Notes: generated from the sequence alone by a model not told the origin. Shown: positions 12,773 through 23,957, numbered from the stretch's first letter. The stretch: DNA of 60,983 nucleotides from Sphingomicrobium sp. (GCA_035470745.1 DATIQO010000090.1:1-60983); one strand, 5' to 3'. Numbers and translations are program-made.

Positions 12773-14998
12773 ATGGCCGATCCTGACCTTTCCTCCGTCA
12801 TTGAAACTCCGTTCGACGCCGCCCTTTCGGAGCGTTACCTCGTCTATGCACTCTCGACGATCACCGCGCGTTCGCTTCCGGACGTCCGCGACGGTCTGAA
12901 GCCGGTTCATCGGCGACTGCTCTGGGCGATGCGACTCTTGCGGCTCGACCCCGCCGGTGCCTACAAGAAATCGGCCCGCGTCGTGGGCGACGTCATCGGC
13001 AAATATCACCCCCACGGGGATCAGTCGGTCTACGACGCGATGGTGCGGCTCGCGCAGAATTTCGCGCTTCGCTACCCGCTCGTCGACGGCCAGGGCAATT
13101 TCGGCAACATCGACGGGGATAATGCGGCCGCCTATCGCTACACCGAGGCGCGGCTGACGGCGGTTGCGATGCAGCTGATGGCGGGGCTCGACGAGGGGAC
13201 CGTTGAATTCCGGCCGACGTACAATGGCGAGGAAGAAGAGCCGGAAGTCTTTCCGGGCCTGTTCCCCAATCTCCTTGCCAACGGCGCAAGCGGGATCGCG
13301 GTCGGCATGGCAACCTCGATCCCGCCGCACAATCTTGGCGAGCTTGTCGATGCCGCCGTCCACCTTATCGACAATCCGAAGGCCGAGCCCCGGGCACTGA
13401 TGGACTTCGTCGCCGGGCCCGATTTTCCGACTGGCGGCGTGCTTGTCGACAGCCGCGAGGCGATCGCGCACGCTTATGAGACGGGTCGCGGCTCGTTCCG
13501 CTTGCGGGCCAGTATCGAGGTCGAGCGAGAGAAGGGCGGGGGCTGGCACCTGCTCGTCAGCGAAATTCCCTATGGTGTCGCCAAGGCCAAGCTCATCGAG
13601 CAGATCGCCCAGCTCATTGCCGACAAGAAGCTGCCGATCCTCGCCGACGTCAAGGACGAGAGCGACGAACAGGTCCGGCTGATCCTCGAGCCGCGCGCGC
13701 GAACGGTGGATCCGGACCTGCTGCTCGAGAGTCTCTACCGGCTGACGGACCTTGAGGTGCGCTTCCCGCTCAACCTCAACGTGCTCGACGCGAGCCGCAC
13801 GCCTGGAGTGATGAGCCTCAAGGAGGCGTTGGCCGCATGGCTGACCTTCCAGTTCGAGGTGCTCGTCCGGCGCTGCCAGGTGCGGATCGGCAAGATCGAC
13901 GAACGGCTCGAGCTCCTCGATGGTTTTCTAATCGCTTACCTCAACCTCGACCGGGTCATCGAGATCATCCGGACCATGGACGAGCCGAAGCCGGTCCTGA
14001 TGGAGGAATTCTCGCTTTCCGACCGCCAGGCGGAGGCGATCCTCAACATGCGGCTGCGGTCCTTGAGACGCCTTGAAGAGATGGAAATCGGTCGCGAGCG
14101 CGAAGCGCTCAGAAAGGAACGCGACGAGCTCGAGAAGCTGGTTGAAAGTCCGGCGCGCCAGCGCACTCGCCTGAAGCGTGATCTGGCCGTGCTCAAGGAC
14201 AAGTTCGGCGACGAGCGCCGCACCCGTGTCGAAGAGTCGGCGGCGCCCAGGGAAATCGACTGGTCGGCGATGATCGAGAAGGAGCCGATCACCGTCATCC
14301 TTTCGCAGCGCGGCTGGATTCGCGCGATGAAAGGCCATCTCGCGCTCGAGCAGGTCGCGGACCTCAAGTGGCGCGAAGGCGACGGCCCGTTCATCCACTT
14401 CCATGCGCAGACGACCGACAGGTTTGCCCTCTTTGCCTCGAATGGCCGCGTCTACACGCTTGCCGGAGACAAGTTGCCAAGCGCCCGCGGCTTCGGCGAA
14501 CCGGTCAGGCTGTTCATCGACCTCGAGGCCGACGTGGACATCGTCCACCTTCTCGTCGTCCGCCCGGACGTGAAGCTCTTGATAGCCTCGTCTGACGGCA
14601 GGGGCTTTGTCACCAGCGGCGATGCAACGCTTGCCGAGACTCGCAAGGGCAAGCAGCTCGTCAATCTTCGGTCCGGTGCGATCGTGGCAGTCGTGCGGCT
14701 GATCCCTGCGGCCGCAGACGCCGTCGCGGTTGTTGGCGAAAACCGAAAGATGGTAGTCTTCCCGCTATCCGAACTCCCGGAACTCGCCCGCGGCCAGGGC
14801 GTGATGCTCCAGCGCTATCGCGACGGCGGCCTCAGCGATGCGATCGCGTTCCGTCTGGAGGAGGGGCTGAGCTGGGCGCTTGGCGGCGAGAGCGGACGCA
14901 TCAGGACGGAAAGCGACCTTTCTCCGTGGCGGGCCGCGCGCGGCGCTGCCGGACGGATGCCGCCGATCGGTTTCCCGCGCAGCAATCGCTTCGACTAG
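12773..14998 (+). CDS. parC: DNA topoisomerase IV subunit A
   Basis: [33 protein letters not shown]; no GyrA-box seen. Confidence 0.96.
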   Translation: MADPDLSSVIETPFDAALSERYLVYALSTITARSLPDVRDGLKPVHRRLLWAMRLLRLDPAGAYKKSARVVGDVIGKYHPHGDQSVYDAMVRLAQNFALRYPLVDGQGNFGNIDGDNAAAYRYTEARLTAVAMQLMAGLDEGTVEFRPTYNGEEEEPEVFPGLFPNLLANGASGIAVGMATSIPPHNLGELVDAAVHLIDNPKAEPRALMDFVAGPDFPTGGVLVDSREAIAHAYETGRGSFRLRASIEVEREKGGGWHLLVSEIPYGVAKAKLIEQIAQLIADKKLPILADVKDESDEQVRLILEPRARTVDPDLLLESLYRLTDLEVRFPLNLNVLDASRTPGVMSLKEALAAWLTFQFEVLVRRCQVRIGKIDERLELLDGFLIAYLNLDRVIEIIRTMDEPKPVLMEEFSLSDRQAEAILNMRLRSLRRLEEMEIGREREALRKERDELEKLVESPARQRTRLKRDLAVLKDKFGDERRTRVEESAAPREIDWSAMIEKEPITVILSQRGWIRAMKGHLALEQVADLKWREGDGPFIHFHAQTTDRFALFASNGRVYTLAGDKLPSARGFGEPVRLFIDLEADVDIVHLLVVRPDVKLLIASSDGRGFVTSGDATLAETRKGKQLVNLRSGAIVAVVRLIPAAADAVAVVGENRKMVVFPLSELPELARGQGVMLQRYRDGGLSDAIAFRLEEGLSWALGGESGRIRTESDLSPWRAARGAAGRMPPIGFPRSNRFD

Positions 14999-15080
14999 TC
15001 GTTAACCGGCTTAGATTAACAAAGCCGATAGAGGCCAAAAAGATACTCGGAATTAACTCCTCTGCCGCGATAGGAGCGGC

Positions 15081-16826
15081 ATGCAGGCTGCAGCATCCCG
15101 CTCGGCGACCGCAATCGCGCGCCATCGGGCCGACGATTTAAGCGCACCCCCGCACCTTGCGACTGCGGGCGATAGCGGCTTGCTTTCCGCTCTTCCTATC
15201 GCTGCTGCAGTTATCGAACGCACGAAGGAAGGCGCCTTCAAAATCGCGGCGCACAACAGCCGCTTTGTCGATCTTGTGGAGCGGTCCAATTGCTCTGCTC
15301 TCGACTGGAACGAGGCGGACTGCCTCAAGAGCGGACCGATTGCCGATCTTCTCTTGAGCTTCTTCGACGGCACCGATTCGGCAGGCGAGCTCGATTTCGC
15401 CGACGGTGAAGGCGTTTCTGCGCAATTCTATCGAATCAAGCTCGCGCCGCTTCAAAAGACAAGTCGAGCGGCCGAACGCTGCCTGCTGAGCGTCGTCGAC
15501 CGAACGGTCGAGCTCCAGGCGGAACGGACGCTGCGCGCCGAGATGCTCCGGGACAGTCTGACCGGGCTACCGAACCGATTGGCATTCACCGAGGCAATCG
15601 AGAATGCCGGCGGGAGGGTCGCGCGAGACCTCGAGCACGCGGTGCTTGTCGTCGACATGCTGCGCTTCTCTCGCATCAACGAGTCCATGGGCGGCCTCGC
15701 CGGCGACGAGCTGCTCATCACCTTTGCGCGAAGGCTGATCCTTGCCCTCCGGGCAGGGGACGTCCTCGCACGCACGGGCGGGAATGAGTTCGGCATCCTG
15801 GTTTCGCTGCGCCGCGGCGTCGAAGACGCGCTCAAGGCAGCCGAGCGCATTCAGGCGGTGATGGCGACCCCGTTCAAGCTCTCCGAGCTGGAGATCCGGG
15901 TCGAATGCGCGATTGGCGTTGCGCTGATGCATGCAGGGCAAGACCCAGAGGAGCTCTTTCGGAATGCGCAATTTGCCGTCAAGCAGGCCAAGCTCGCCGG
16001 CAAGCCGCAGGTCTATGAGCCAAAGCAGGCAACTGAGGCACGGCGGCGCTTCTCGATCGAGACCGAGCTTCGGCGTGCCCTCGACAAGGATCAGCTCAAG
16101 CTTTTCTACCAGCCTCTCATCAACCTGAAGAGCGGAGAGGTCGCGGGGTTCGAGGCGCTTGCCCGCTGGACGCACGAGGATCGCGGCGAGATCAGCCCGA
16201 CCGAGTTCATCCCGGTCGCCGAGGAATCGGGGTTGATCCTGCAGCTCGGACGCTGGGCAATGGACCAGGCGGCGCAGACGCTTGCGGCCTGGGATCGAAA
16301 GTCCGGCGAGAAGCTGCCGATCTATGTCGGCGTCAACTTGTCCGCGATCCAAGTCGCGCGCGACGACATTGCGGCCGTTGTCTCGAGCGCACTCAAGTCG
16401 AGCGGCCTAACCGGCGATCGCCTGACCCTCGAATTGACTGAAAGCTCCATCGTCCAGGACCCGGTTCGTGCAACCCGCGTGTTCGACGCCTTGAAGGCGC
16501 TCGATGCGACGGTCGCAATGGACGATTTCGGAACCGGCTATTCGAGCCTCGCTTATCTCCAGCGCCTTCCGATCGACGTTCTCAAGATCGACAAGAGCTT
16601 CGTATCCGGGATGATGGTCGATCCAGACGCGGTTGCAATCGTCCGCGCCGTCCTCAGCCTTGCCGAGGCACTCGGCATGTCGACGACCGCCGAGGGAATC
16701 GAAACGGTCGAGCTGGCGACGACCTTGGCAACGCTTGGGTGCGCTTCCGGCCAGGGATTCTATTTCGCAAAGCCCCTCGCGGCGGATGCCGCGCTCGAAT
16801 ATTGGAAGTCACGGCGGCGGTCGTAG
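15081..16826 (+). CDS. GGDEF-EAL protein, probable c-di-GMP phosphodiesterase
   Basis: DSLTGLPNR, degenerate GGNEF, intact FEALARW and DDFGTGYSSL. Confidence 0.9.
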   Translation: MQAAASRSATAIARHRADDLSAPPHLATAGDSGLLSALPIAAAVIERTKEGAFKIAAHNSRFVDLVERSNCSALDWNEADCLKSGPIADLLLSFFDGTDSAGELDFADGEGVSAQFYRIKLAPLQKTSRAAERCLLSVVDRTVELQAERTLRAEMLRDSLTGLPNRLAFTEAIENAGGRVARDLEHAVLVVDMLRFSRINESMGGLAGDELLITFARRLILALRAGDVLARTGGNEFGILVSLRRGVEDALKAAERIQAVMATPFKLSELEIRVECAIGVALMHAGQDPEELFRNAQFAVKQAKLAGKPQVYEPKQATEARRRFSIETELRRALDKDQLKLFYQPLINLKSGEVAGFEALARWTHEDRGEISPTEFIPVAEESGLILQLGRWAMDQAAQTLAAWDRKSGEKLPIYVGVNLSAIQVARDDIAAVVSSALKSSGLTGDRLTLELTESSIVQDPVRATRVFDALKALDATVAMDDFGTGYSSLAYLQRLPIDVLKIDKSFVSGMMVDPDAVAIVRAVLSLAEALGMSTTAEGIETVELATTLATLGCASGQGFYFAKPLAADAALEYWKSRRRS

Positions 16827-16854
16827 GATCAGCGGCCGGTCGCGATCACTGCAA

Positions 16855-17598
16855 CTAGGCCGCGAGAAGCGCGCGATATGCGGCCGGACGGCGGTTACTC
16901 GCTGCCCGTGCGAATGTCCTTTGGATACTCCGAACGAGAGCGGGATGGCGGCAATCGGGCGGGTGAACGCCGATGCGCAAGGTCCGTAGGGGTGCATGGC
17001 GTAGAACAGCCGCTGCCGCGAGCGATGATGCAAGACGCAGACGAGTTCGGCTCGCCCAGGTAATGACCGGGCCGTGGGCAAGCTGCGCGCCAGTTGCCGG
17101 CGACCAGACCCGCAAATGATCCTCGGCGATCGGGATCCTGCACTCCTCGAGCGCTCTTAGCGCGCCTTCGCCGTAGAGCCATGCAGGCGCCACGAAGCCG
17201 TCGATATGGCGCCCGATAACCTCCTCCAGGAGCGAGCGGCCTTCGACGATCCGTGCTTCCGCATCGGCACGCGCGAGGCCGAGGAATTCTCCTTCGCCGG
17301 CGGTCATGAAACGTGAACGCAGCCGGTCGGCAGTTCCGTGATGCGCAGCTTCGTCCCGGTGAAAGTAGCCGTGGAGAAACATCTCGACGCCGTTCTCGGC
17401 CCAGCGACGCAGCCGCGCCGCGAAGGGCGATCCCGGGACGATCGGAGAATCGCCCCAGTGGTTGGGAACGACGAGCATTGCAACGCGGCCCCCGACATAG
17501 GGCGCGAGCAGGTCCATGAGCCGATCCACCTCGGATTCGAAGCGTGGCGACACGTCGTGGACCGATGCAAGAAGCAGGTGCTCAGTACTTGTCCGCAT
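16855..17598 (-). CDS. DUF2334 / polysaccharide deacetylase-like protein
   Basis: SVHDVSP, LHGYFH, GEGEF, GFVAPAW, VHPPD. Confidence 0.8.
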   Translation of the reverse strand: MRTSTEHLLLASVHDVSPRFESEVDRLMDLLAPYVGGRVAMLVVPNHWGDSPIVPGSPFAARLRRWAENGVEMFLHGYFHRDEAAHHGTADRLRSRFMTAGEGEFLGLARADAEARIVEGRSLLEEVIGRHIDGFVAPAWLYGEGALRALEECRIPIAEDHLRVWSPATGAQLAHGPVITWASRTRLRLASSLAAAAVLRHAPLRTLRIGVHPPDCRHPALVRSIQRTFARAASNRRPAAYRALLAA

Positions 17599-17691
17599 GC
17601 GCGCGCATTTGCGCCGAAGCGACCTGTTGCGCCAGTCCATTAACAAAGCTTCACTTGAATTTTACGGCGCCGAACCGCTTCCCTTACACGG

Positions 17692-18960
17692 ATGCGGATC
17701 GTTGACGTCAGCGCCTTCTATACCCCCCAGGGGGGAGGCGTACGCACCTATGTCGAAGCGAAGCTGCGCGCAAGCGCGCGCTTTGGCCATGAAATCATCG
17801 TGGTGGCTCCGGGTGCGGACCACCAAGTGACCAAGCGCGGCCCGGGCGCGTATCTCGTGACGATCCCGTCGCCCAAGCTTCCTGTTGACCGGCGCTATCG
17901 CTATTTCGACGACGAGCGGCTGCTTCATGCGACCCTCGACGCCTGGCAGCCCGACCATGTCGAGGCTTCCTCGCCCTGGTCGAGTGCGACGATGGTGGGG
18001 CGATGGCAGGGAGCGGCCACGCGTTCGCTCGTCATGCATGCCGATCCAATGGCGGCCTATGCTTACCGGTGGCTCGGTGGGATTGCGTCGGAGAAGGCGA
18101 TCGACGGATGGTTCGGCTGGTTCTGGCGACACCTTCGCGGCCTTGGCCGCATGTTCGACGCAGTCGTCTGCGCCAACAGCCAGCTGGCCGGGCGGCTTGC
18201 CGCCGGCGGCGTTGCAAACACCATGACGATCCCGATGGGTGTCGAGGGCGGCCTGTTCTCGCCTTCGCTGAGGTCGGCTGAACTGCGCCGCGCAGCGCTT
18301 GCTTCGCTTGGCCTCGGACCGGACGGGATCCTGCTCCTTGGCGTCGGCCGTTTCTCGGCCGAGAAACGGTGGGACGTTGTGCTTCGAGCCGCCGGGGAAT
18401 GCGGGCGCAGCCTCCCCGTCGGGCTTGCTCTGATCGGCGATGGCTCCAAGCGGCAGAAGCTGCAAATGATCGCCGAACAATATCGCAACGTGGCCGTGCT
18501 TCCCCCGATCCGCGATCGAAACGAGCTTGCGTCCCTCCTCGCCAGCGCGGACGCGCTGGTACATGGCTGCGAAGCGGAGACCTTCTGCCTCGTTGCGGCC
18601 GAGGCACGTGCAAGCGGAATACCGCTCATCATTCCCGACCGGGGGGCAGCGATCGATCAACTGGTCGATGGGGCGGGCACGACCTACACCGCAGGCAAGG
18701 AGCGCTCACTCGAGCAGGCGATTGCGCGCTTTGTGAATCGCGGACCCGAGCTCCAGCGGGCCGCCGCCGTTCGTGCGAGCTGCTCGCGGACCATGGACGC
18801 GCATTTTGCCGACCTCTTCGCCTGTTACGAAGGGCTCGTGCCGCAGGATTCGGCGCTCACTGCAGCGCTCGCTGCGGGAAGTTCCGGCGCGGTCCGGTCC
18901 GATCCCCTTGCCGAAATCGCGCTTGCCCGGCGCCTTCTTGCAATGAGCCCCGCACCTTGA
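17692..18960 (+). CDS. GT4 family glycosyltransferase
   Basis: FYTPQGGGVRTY, VGRFSAEKR, ETFCLVAAEA (E-x7-E). Confidence 0.88.
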   Translation: MRIVDVSAFYTPQGGGVRTYVEAKLRASARFGHEIIVVAPGADHQVTKRGPGAYLVTIPSPKLPVDRRYRYFDDERLLHATLDAWQPDHVEASSPWSSATMVGRWQGAATRSLVMHADPMAAYAYRWLGGIASEKAIDGWFGWFWRHLRGLGRMFDAVVCANSQLAGRLAAGGVANTMTIPMGVEGGLFSPSLRSAELRRAALASLGLGPDGILLLGVGRFSAEKRWDVVLRAAGECGRSLPVGLALIGDGSKRQKLQMIAEQYRNVAVLPPIRDRNELASLLASADALVHGCEAETFCLVAAEARASGIPLIIPDRGAAIDQLVDGAGTTYTAGKERSLEQAIARFVNRGPELQRAAAVRASCSRTMDAHFADLFACYEGLVPQDSALTAALAAGSSGAVRSDPLAEIALARRLLAMSPAP

Positions 18961-19021
18961 CCAACATCAAGTGAGGGCCGCGGGCGTTGCATTCGCCCGC
19001 GAGCCAGTTTCATGCGCGCCC

Positions 19022-20809
19022 ATGCCTTCGAAATCGCTGCGCCACCCTCGGCGCCTTGCTGACCACAGCGCCGACTGGCGCATGCTCCTTTTGTCCCTGA
19101 TGGCGTTCGCCGTTGGCAGTGGCGGCGCCCTGGGCGCGTGGGTGCTTCTCAAGTTGATCGCGATCGCGACCAACCTGTTCTGGTTCGGCCGTCTCTCGGT
19201 CCAAGCCGCAAACATGGCCGAGGTCCATGCCGGGCCGCTGATGGTGGTGACGCCGGTCGTCGGCGGACTGATCGTTGGTCTGATGGCGCGCTATGGCTCG
19301 GACAAGATTCGCGGCCACGGCATTCCCGAGGCGATCGAGACGATCCTCTTCGGCGAGAGCCGCCTCTCCCTCAAGGTTGCAATCCTCAAGCCGCTTTCCT
19401 CGGCGGTTTCGATTGGCAGCGGCGGACCTTTCGGCGCCGAGGGTCCGATCATCATGACGGGAGGTGCGATCGGCTCCCTCTTCGCGCAGCGATTCCGATT
19501 GAGTGCGGCCGAACGCAAGACCTTGCTCGTGGCGGGTGCCGCCGCGGGGATGACCGGGATCTTCGGCACGCCGCTCGCGGCGGTGATGCTGGCGCTCGAG
19601 GTTCTCCTCTTCGAATGGAAACCGCGCAGCTTCGTGCCGGTCGTCACGGCGACCCTCGTGTCGCTCGCCTGGCGGCCATTGTTGATGGGAAGCGGGCCGC
19701 TGTTCCCGTTCGCTGCGCCAACTCCCCAAGGAATGCAGCCGATCGCGATCGCGGCCGGACTGGGGCTCCTCGTCGGCGCCCAAGCCGCAATTCTCTCCGG
19801 GCTCCTCTACCGGGTGGAAGACACTTTCCATCGGTCGCCCGTCCATTGGATGTGGTGGCCGGCGCTGGGCGCGGCGATCGTCGGCCTGGGCGGCCTGGTT
19901 GAACCGCGCGTGCTCGGGGCGGGCTATGCGAGCATCCAGGCGCTTCTCGACGGGGCGCTCACGCTTCGGGTGGTCATCAACCTCGTGATCGTGAAATCGA
20001 TCGTCTGGCTGGTTGCGCTCGGTTCCGGAACGAGCGGCGGCATTCTTGCCCCACTGCTGATCATCGGGGGTGCCGCGGGATATCTCTTGGGCCAGTGGCT
20101 GCCTGGCGATGCCGGCTTCTGGGCCATGATAGCGATGGCCGGGATCCTCAGCGGCGCGATGCGCGCGCCCGTGACCGCGGCGCTTTTTGCAGCCGAGCTT
20201 ACCAATCATTTGAATGCGCTTCCGGAGACCCTTGCCGCTGCGGCGGCGGCTTATGCGGTCAGCGTATTGGTGATGCGCCGATCGATTCTCACCGAGAAGA
20301 TCGCGCGGCGAGGCCGTCACATTCTCCAGGAATATACGATCGACCCGCTCGAATTCCTGCAGGCGCGCCAGGTGATGACGCCGGGTCCAGCGACGCTGCC
20401 TGGAACAATGGAGCTCTCCGCGGCCGTCGCCTTCTTCAGGGAGGACGCGCAGCATCGCTCCTATCCCGTTGTCGACGACACTGACCGACTGCTTGGATTG
20501 GTGTCGAGGACGGACGCGCTACGCTGGCAGCAGGAAGGGCCCGAACTCGAGGGTCGCCTTGTCGACGTGCTGTCCGACGCCTCGACGCTCGTTGCATATC
20601 CCGACACGCCGTGCGGGGCAGTTGCCGACATGATGGTTGAGTCCGGCACCGGGCGCGTTCCCATCGTCGAGCCCGAGACCAGGCGGGTCGTCGGCATTCT
20701 CTCGCGCCAGGATCTTCTCAAGGTGCGCTCGAACCAGAAGCGCGGCGAAATCATCCGTCCGGTGCGGCGATCGCGAAAGCCCAAGCGTCGGCGCGAAATG
20801 GCTGGCTAA
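19022..20809 (+). CDS. CLC chloride channel/antiporter with C-terminal CBS pair
   Basis: GHGIPE, GAEGP, GGILAP; CBS-like YPVVD and VPIVE..VGILSRQD. Confidence 0.9.
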   Translation: MPSKSLRHPRRLADHSADWRMLLLSLMAFAVGSGGALGAWVLLKLIAIATNLFWFGRLSVQAANMAEVHAGPLMVVTPVVGGLIVGLMARYGSDKIRGHGIPEAIETILFGESRLSLKVAILKPLSSAVSIGSGGPFGAEGPIIMTGGAIGSLFAQRFRLSAAERKTLLVAGAAAGMTGIFGTPLAAVMLALEVLLFEWKPRSFVPVVTATLVSLAWRPLLMGSGPLFPFAAPTPQGMQPIAIAAGLGLLVGAQAAILSGLLYRVEDTFHRSPVHWMWWPALGAAIVGLGGLVEPRVLGAGYASIQALLDGALTLRVVINLVIVKSIVWLVALGSGTSGGILAPLLIIGGAAGYLLGQWLPGDAGFWAMIAMAGILSGAMRAPVTAALFAAELTNHLNALPETLAAAAAAYAVSVLVMRRSILTEKIARRGRHILQEYTIDPLEFLQARQVMTPGPATLPGTMELSAAVAFFREDAQHRSYPVVDDTDRLLGLVSRTDALRWQQEGPELEGRLVDVLSDASTLVAYPDTPCGAVADMMVESGTGRVPIVEPETRRVVGILSRQDLLKVRSNQKRGEIIRPVRRSRKPKRRREMAG

Positions 20810-21996
20810 CTGACGCTGTCCATGGCCTCGGCAACGATGGCATCGAGCTCCGCGCCTCCAGGGAAGCCCGCTTCGACCCAGCGACTTTCGATCCGCTTTA
20901 GAGTGCGCGCGACAATCGGTCCTTCCTTGAGGCCCCGGGCGATGAGCGCGCCGCCTCCGATCGGGAGGCGTGGAGGGCGCCAGTCCGCGATGTGGGCGGC
21001 ATCATCGACTCGGTTTGCAAGCAGCAGCCGGTCCGCCGCGCAATCGCTCCCGAGCCGGTAGGCAAGGGCTTGAGGAGCTGGGCCGATGTCCCCGGCGGCG
21101 GCGCACGCGAGCCGTTTACGAGCCTTGTTGGACAGCTTGAGGCGAACCGCGACCGCCTCGGCGATTGACGGATCGCGCGGCAGCAGCGCTGCGAGCCGTC
21201 GCAGACCCTCAGGCGCAATGCCCGCTGCGGCTTCCGCGGCGACCAGTCGCTGCAGTTCGGGCAGGCGGTCGGCATCGATTTCCGGGATGACGGGCTTGAG
21301 AATCCCGCGGTCGAGCATGAGCCCGACGGTCGCCGACGGGTCCGGCAGACCGAGAAGCTTGAGGAGTTCGTCCGCTATCCGCTCTCGCGACAGTGCCATG
21401 AGGTCATTGGCGCGCCGCGTGCAGGCCTCGATCGCGGCCTTGTCGGGCTCTCCCGAGCCGAAACGCGCGTGGAAACGGAAATAGCGAAGGATCCTCAAAT
21501 GGTCTTCGGCGATACGTTTCAGCGGGTCGCCGATGAAGCGCACGTGGCGGGCCTGGAGGTCGTCGAGCCCTCCGAAATAGTCGAATACCTCGCCCGTCAG
21601 GGGGTCGGCGGAGAGCGCGTTGATCGTAAAGTCCCGGCGGGCCGCATCCTCTTCCCAGTCGGTCGTGAAGGCGACCGTCGCGCGCCGCCCGTCGGTCGAG
21701 ACGTCTCGGCGAAGGGTGGTCACTTCGTACGCGTGCCCGTCGCTCACCGCAGTGATCGTTCCATGGTCGATGCCGGTCGGAACCGCCTTGATCTTCGCCG
21801 CCTCGAGCCGCTGCACGACATCTTCGGGCTGCAATCGGGTGGCGAGATCGACATCGCTGACGGCATGGTCGAGCAAATCGTCCCTTACGGCGCCGCCGAC
21901 ATAGCGAGTCAGCCCCTCGCTGGCGCCAAGCGCGTCGAGCAGCCGCTCCATTCCGCGATGGCGGCGCCACTTGGCGGGGTCGATCCTCAGGGCCAC
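20806..21996 (-). CDS. cca: CCA-adding tRNA nucleotidyltransferase
   Basis: VGGAVRD, DVDLAT, EVTTLR, RRDFTINAL, EDHLRILR. Confidence 0.9.
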   Translation of the reverse strand: MALRIDPAKWRRHRGMERLLDALGASEGLTRYVGGAVRDDLLDHAVSDVDLATRLQPEDVVQRLEAAKIKAVPTGIDHGTITAVSDGHAYEVTTLRRDVSTDGRRATVAFTTDWEEDAARRDFTINALSADPLTGEVFDYFGGLDDLQARHVRFIGDPLKRIAEDHLRILRYFRFHARFGSGEPDKAAIEACTRRANDLMALSRERIADELLKLLGLPDPSATVGLMLDRGILKPVIPEIDADRLPELQRLVAAEAAAGIAPEGLRRLAALLPRDPSIAEAVAVRLKLSNKARKRLACAAAGDIGPAPQALAYRLGSDCAADRLLLANRVDDAAHIADWRPPRLPIGGGALIARGLKEGPIVARTLKRIESRWVEAGFPGGAELDAIVAEAMDSVS

Positions 21997-22571
21997 TGCA
22001 GCCTGCGCGAGAGATTGACGATCATCGCTGCGGTTGCCCCCCAAATCCTGCGTTCGTTCCAGAGAATTTCGTAATAGTGGCGCTCTTGTCCTTGGAACAG
22101 TGCGGTTCGAAGGCGCTGCTCAGAAGGGTCGAGCAGAATGTCGAGCGGTGCCTCAAACAGCTCGGCGACCTCGTGCTCGTGCGGTTCGAGCGGAAGATCC
22201 GCCGGAACGACGCCGAGGACGGGTGTGACCACATATCCGGTAACGGTTCGATACGGTTCGATCGCGCCGACGACCTGGACCGAGGCCGGGGACAGCAGGA
22301 TTTCTTCTCGAGCTTCGCGAAGCGCAGCCGTGATTGCATCTTCACCTGCATCCACTCGGCCGCCGGGGAAGGCGATTTGCCCGGCGTGGGTGCGCAGATG
22401 CTCGCGCCTCACGGTTAGGAGAACGCCAGGATTCTCGCGTTCGGTTATCGCGATGAGGACGGCGGCCTCGACGCCGGCCTTGGCCCTCATCTCGGGATAG
22501 TCACCATCGAGCGGCGGCTGGGAAGCCTCGCCTGCAAGCGCTTCGCGCAACCGGTCGGCAAGTGCGCTCAT
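21987..22571 (-). CDS. Nudix CoA pyrophosphatase
   Basis: HAGQIAFPGGRVD..ALREAREE; IWGATA. Confidence 0.9.
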   Translation of the reverse strand: MSALADRLREALAGEASQPPLDGDYPEMRAKAGVEAAVLIAITERENPGVLLTVRREHLRTHAGQIAFPGGRVDAGEDAITAALREAREEILLSPASVQVVGAIEPYRTVTGYVVTPVLGVVPADLPLEPHEHEVAELFEAPLDILLDPSEQRLRTALFQGQERHYYEILWNERRIWGATAAMIVNLSRRLQWP

Positions 22572-23137
22572 TCCGGCACATCGAGCAGGAAGAACGAGCC
22601 ATTGCTCCAGATCCCGGGCGGATCTGTTCCCTCGCCCACCGCGAGGTCGGCGAGCTCGTAATAGACCGCGCGCGACAGCTCGGCCTCGAGCCCGTGCCGG
22701 ACGAGGACACGGGGAGAGGGACTGTCCCTTGTACCCGCGATCAGGAGGGGGTGGTCTGCGTCGAGCAAGACTGCATCGCCCGTGTCGAGCTGGAATGCGA
22801 TCCGCCGATCCTTCCCGGTGCCAGTGCTTTCCATCGCGACTACGCGAAACGGTGTTCGCTCGACCTCGATGTCGAGCTTTTCCATCGGCGTGACCAGGAC
22901 ATGCCGACCGTCCGGCTCGCGCCTCAGGACGGTGGAGAAAAGCCGAACCATCTCGGGGCGTCGGATCGGCGCTCCCTCGTGGTACCAGGTGCCATCGCGG
23001 GCGATCCGCATGCCCGAATGTCCGCAATGTTCCGGGTTCCACTGCTCGACCGGCGGGGCGCGCCGCTGCTCGATCAGCTTCTCCAGGTCGGTAAAGCTGA
23101 TCCCGCGAAGGTCGATCGGTGGACGGCTCTCGGGCAT
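22568..23137 (-). CDS. DUF1285 family protein
   Basis: PPVEQWNP.HCG, IARDGTWYHEG, LVTPMEK. Confidence 0.85.
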   Translation of the reverse strand: MPESRPPIDLRGISFTDLEKLIEQRRAPPVEQWNPEHCGHSGMRIARDGTWYHEGAPIRRPEMVRLFSTVLRREPDGRHVLVTPMEKLDIEVERTPFRVVAMESTGTGKDRRIAFQLDTGDAVLLDADHPLLIAGTRDSPSPRVLVRHGLEAELSRAVYYELADLAVGEGTDPPGIWSNGSFFLLDVPE

Positions 23138-23219
23138 GAGCTCAACTAGTCACTGCGAGCCATGCGAGGCAATCCGGCCTTGCGTCTGCCGGATTGCTTC
23201 GTCACTTGCATTCGTCGAA

Positions 23220-23957
23220 ATGAACCAACGTCCGCGTACCGCGATCGTCACCGGCGCTGGAAAGCGCGTGGGACGAGAAATCGCCCAGTGGCTGTCCGAC
23301 GCCGGCTGGTCAGTGATCGCGCACGTCCATCACGACAGTGACGAGGTTCCAGAAGGCGCTACCAAGGTCGTCGCGGATCTCGACGATCCTCGCTGCGCAG
23401 ACCTCGTCTTTGCTGCGACGCTCGGCCTTCCTCCCCCGAGGCTGTTGGTCAACAATGCTGCGCGTTTCGCCTGGGATGGCTTTGGCGACTTCAGCGCGAA
23501 TGAATTCTCGGCGCATATGGCCATCAACGTCCGGGCGCCGGCGCTGCTGATCGAGCGTTTTGCCGCTGAGCAGGACGGAAGCGACGATTCGCTCGTCGTT
23601 AACCTGCTCGATTCCAAGCTTGCCGCGCCGAACCCCGACTATCTTAGTTACACGCTTTCCAAGCAGGCGCTTGCCAGCTTGACGGAGCTGGCCGCACGTG
23701 CGCTTGCACCGCGTCGCATCCGAGTGAACGGCATTGCCCCAGCGCTGATGCTTCGGTCGAGCGGCCAGAGCGAGGAGAATTTCGAAGAGATGCACGCCAA
23801 CAATCCGCTTCGCCGGGGCGTCGAGGCCGGCGATGTCGTCCGGGCGATCGCCTATCTCGTCGACGCCGCTTGTGTGACCGGCCAAATCCTCGTGATCGAT
23901 TCCGGCCAGCGATTCCTCGCACTCGGCCGCGACGTCCAATTCCTGGGCCGCGAATGA
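23220..23957 (+). CDS. SDR oxidoreductase, pteridine reductase/FolM-like
   Basis: TGAGKRVG, VNNAA, YTLSK; coupled to folB. Confidence 0.82.
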   Translation: MNQRPRTAIVTGAGKRVGREIAQWLSDAGWSVIAHVHHDSDEVPEGATKVVADLDDPRCADLVFAATLGLPPPRLLVNNAARFAWDGFGDFSANEFSAHMAINVRAPALLIERFAAEQDGSDDSLVVNLLDSKLAAPNPDYLSYTLSKQALASLTELAARALAPRRIRVNGIAPALMLRSSGQSEENFEEMHANNPLRRGVEAGDVVRAIAYLVDAACVTGQILVIDSGQRFLALGRDVQFLGRE

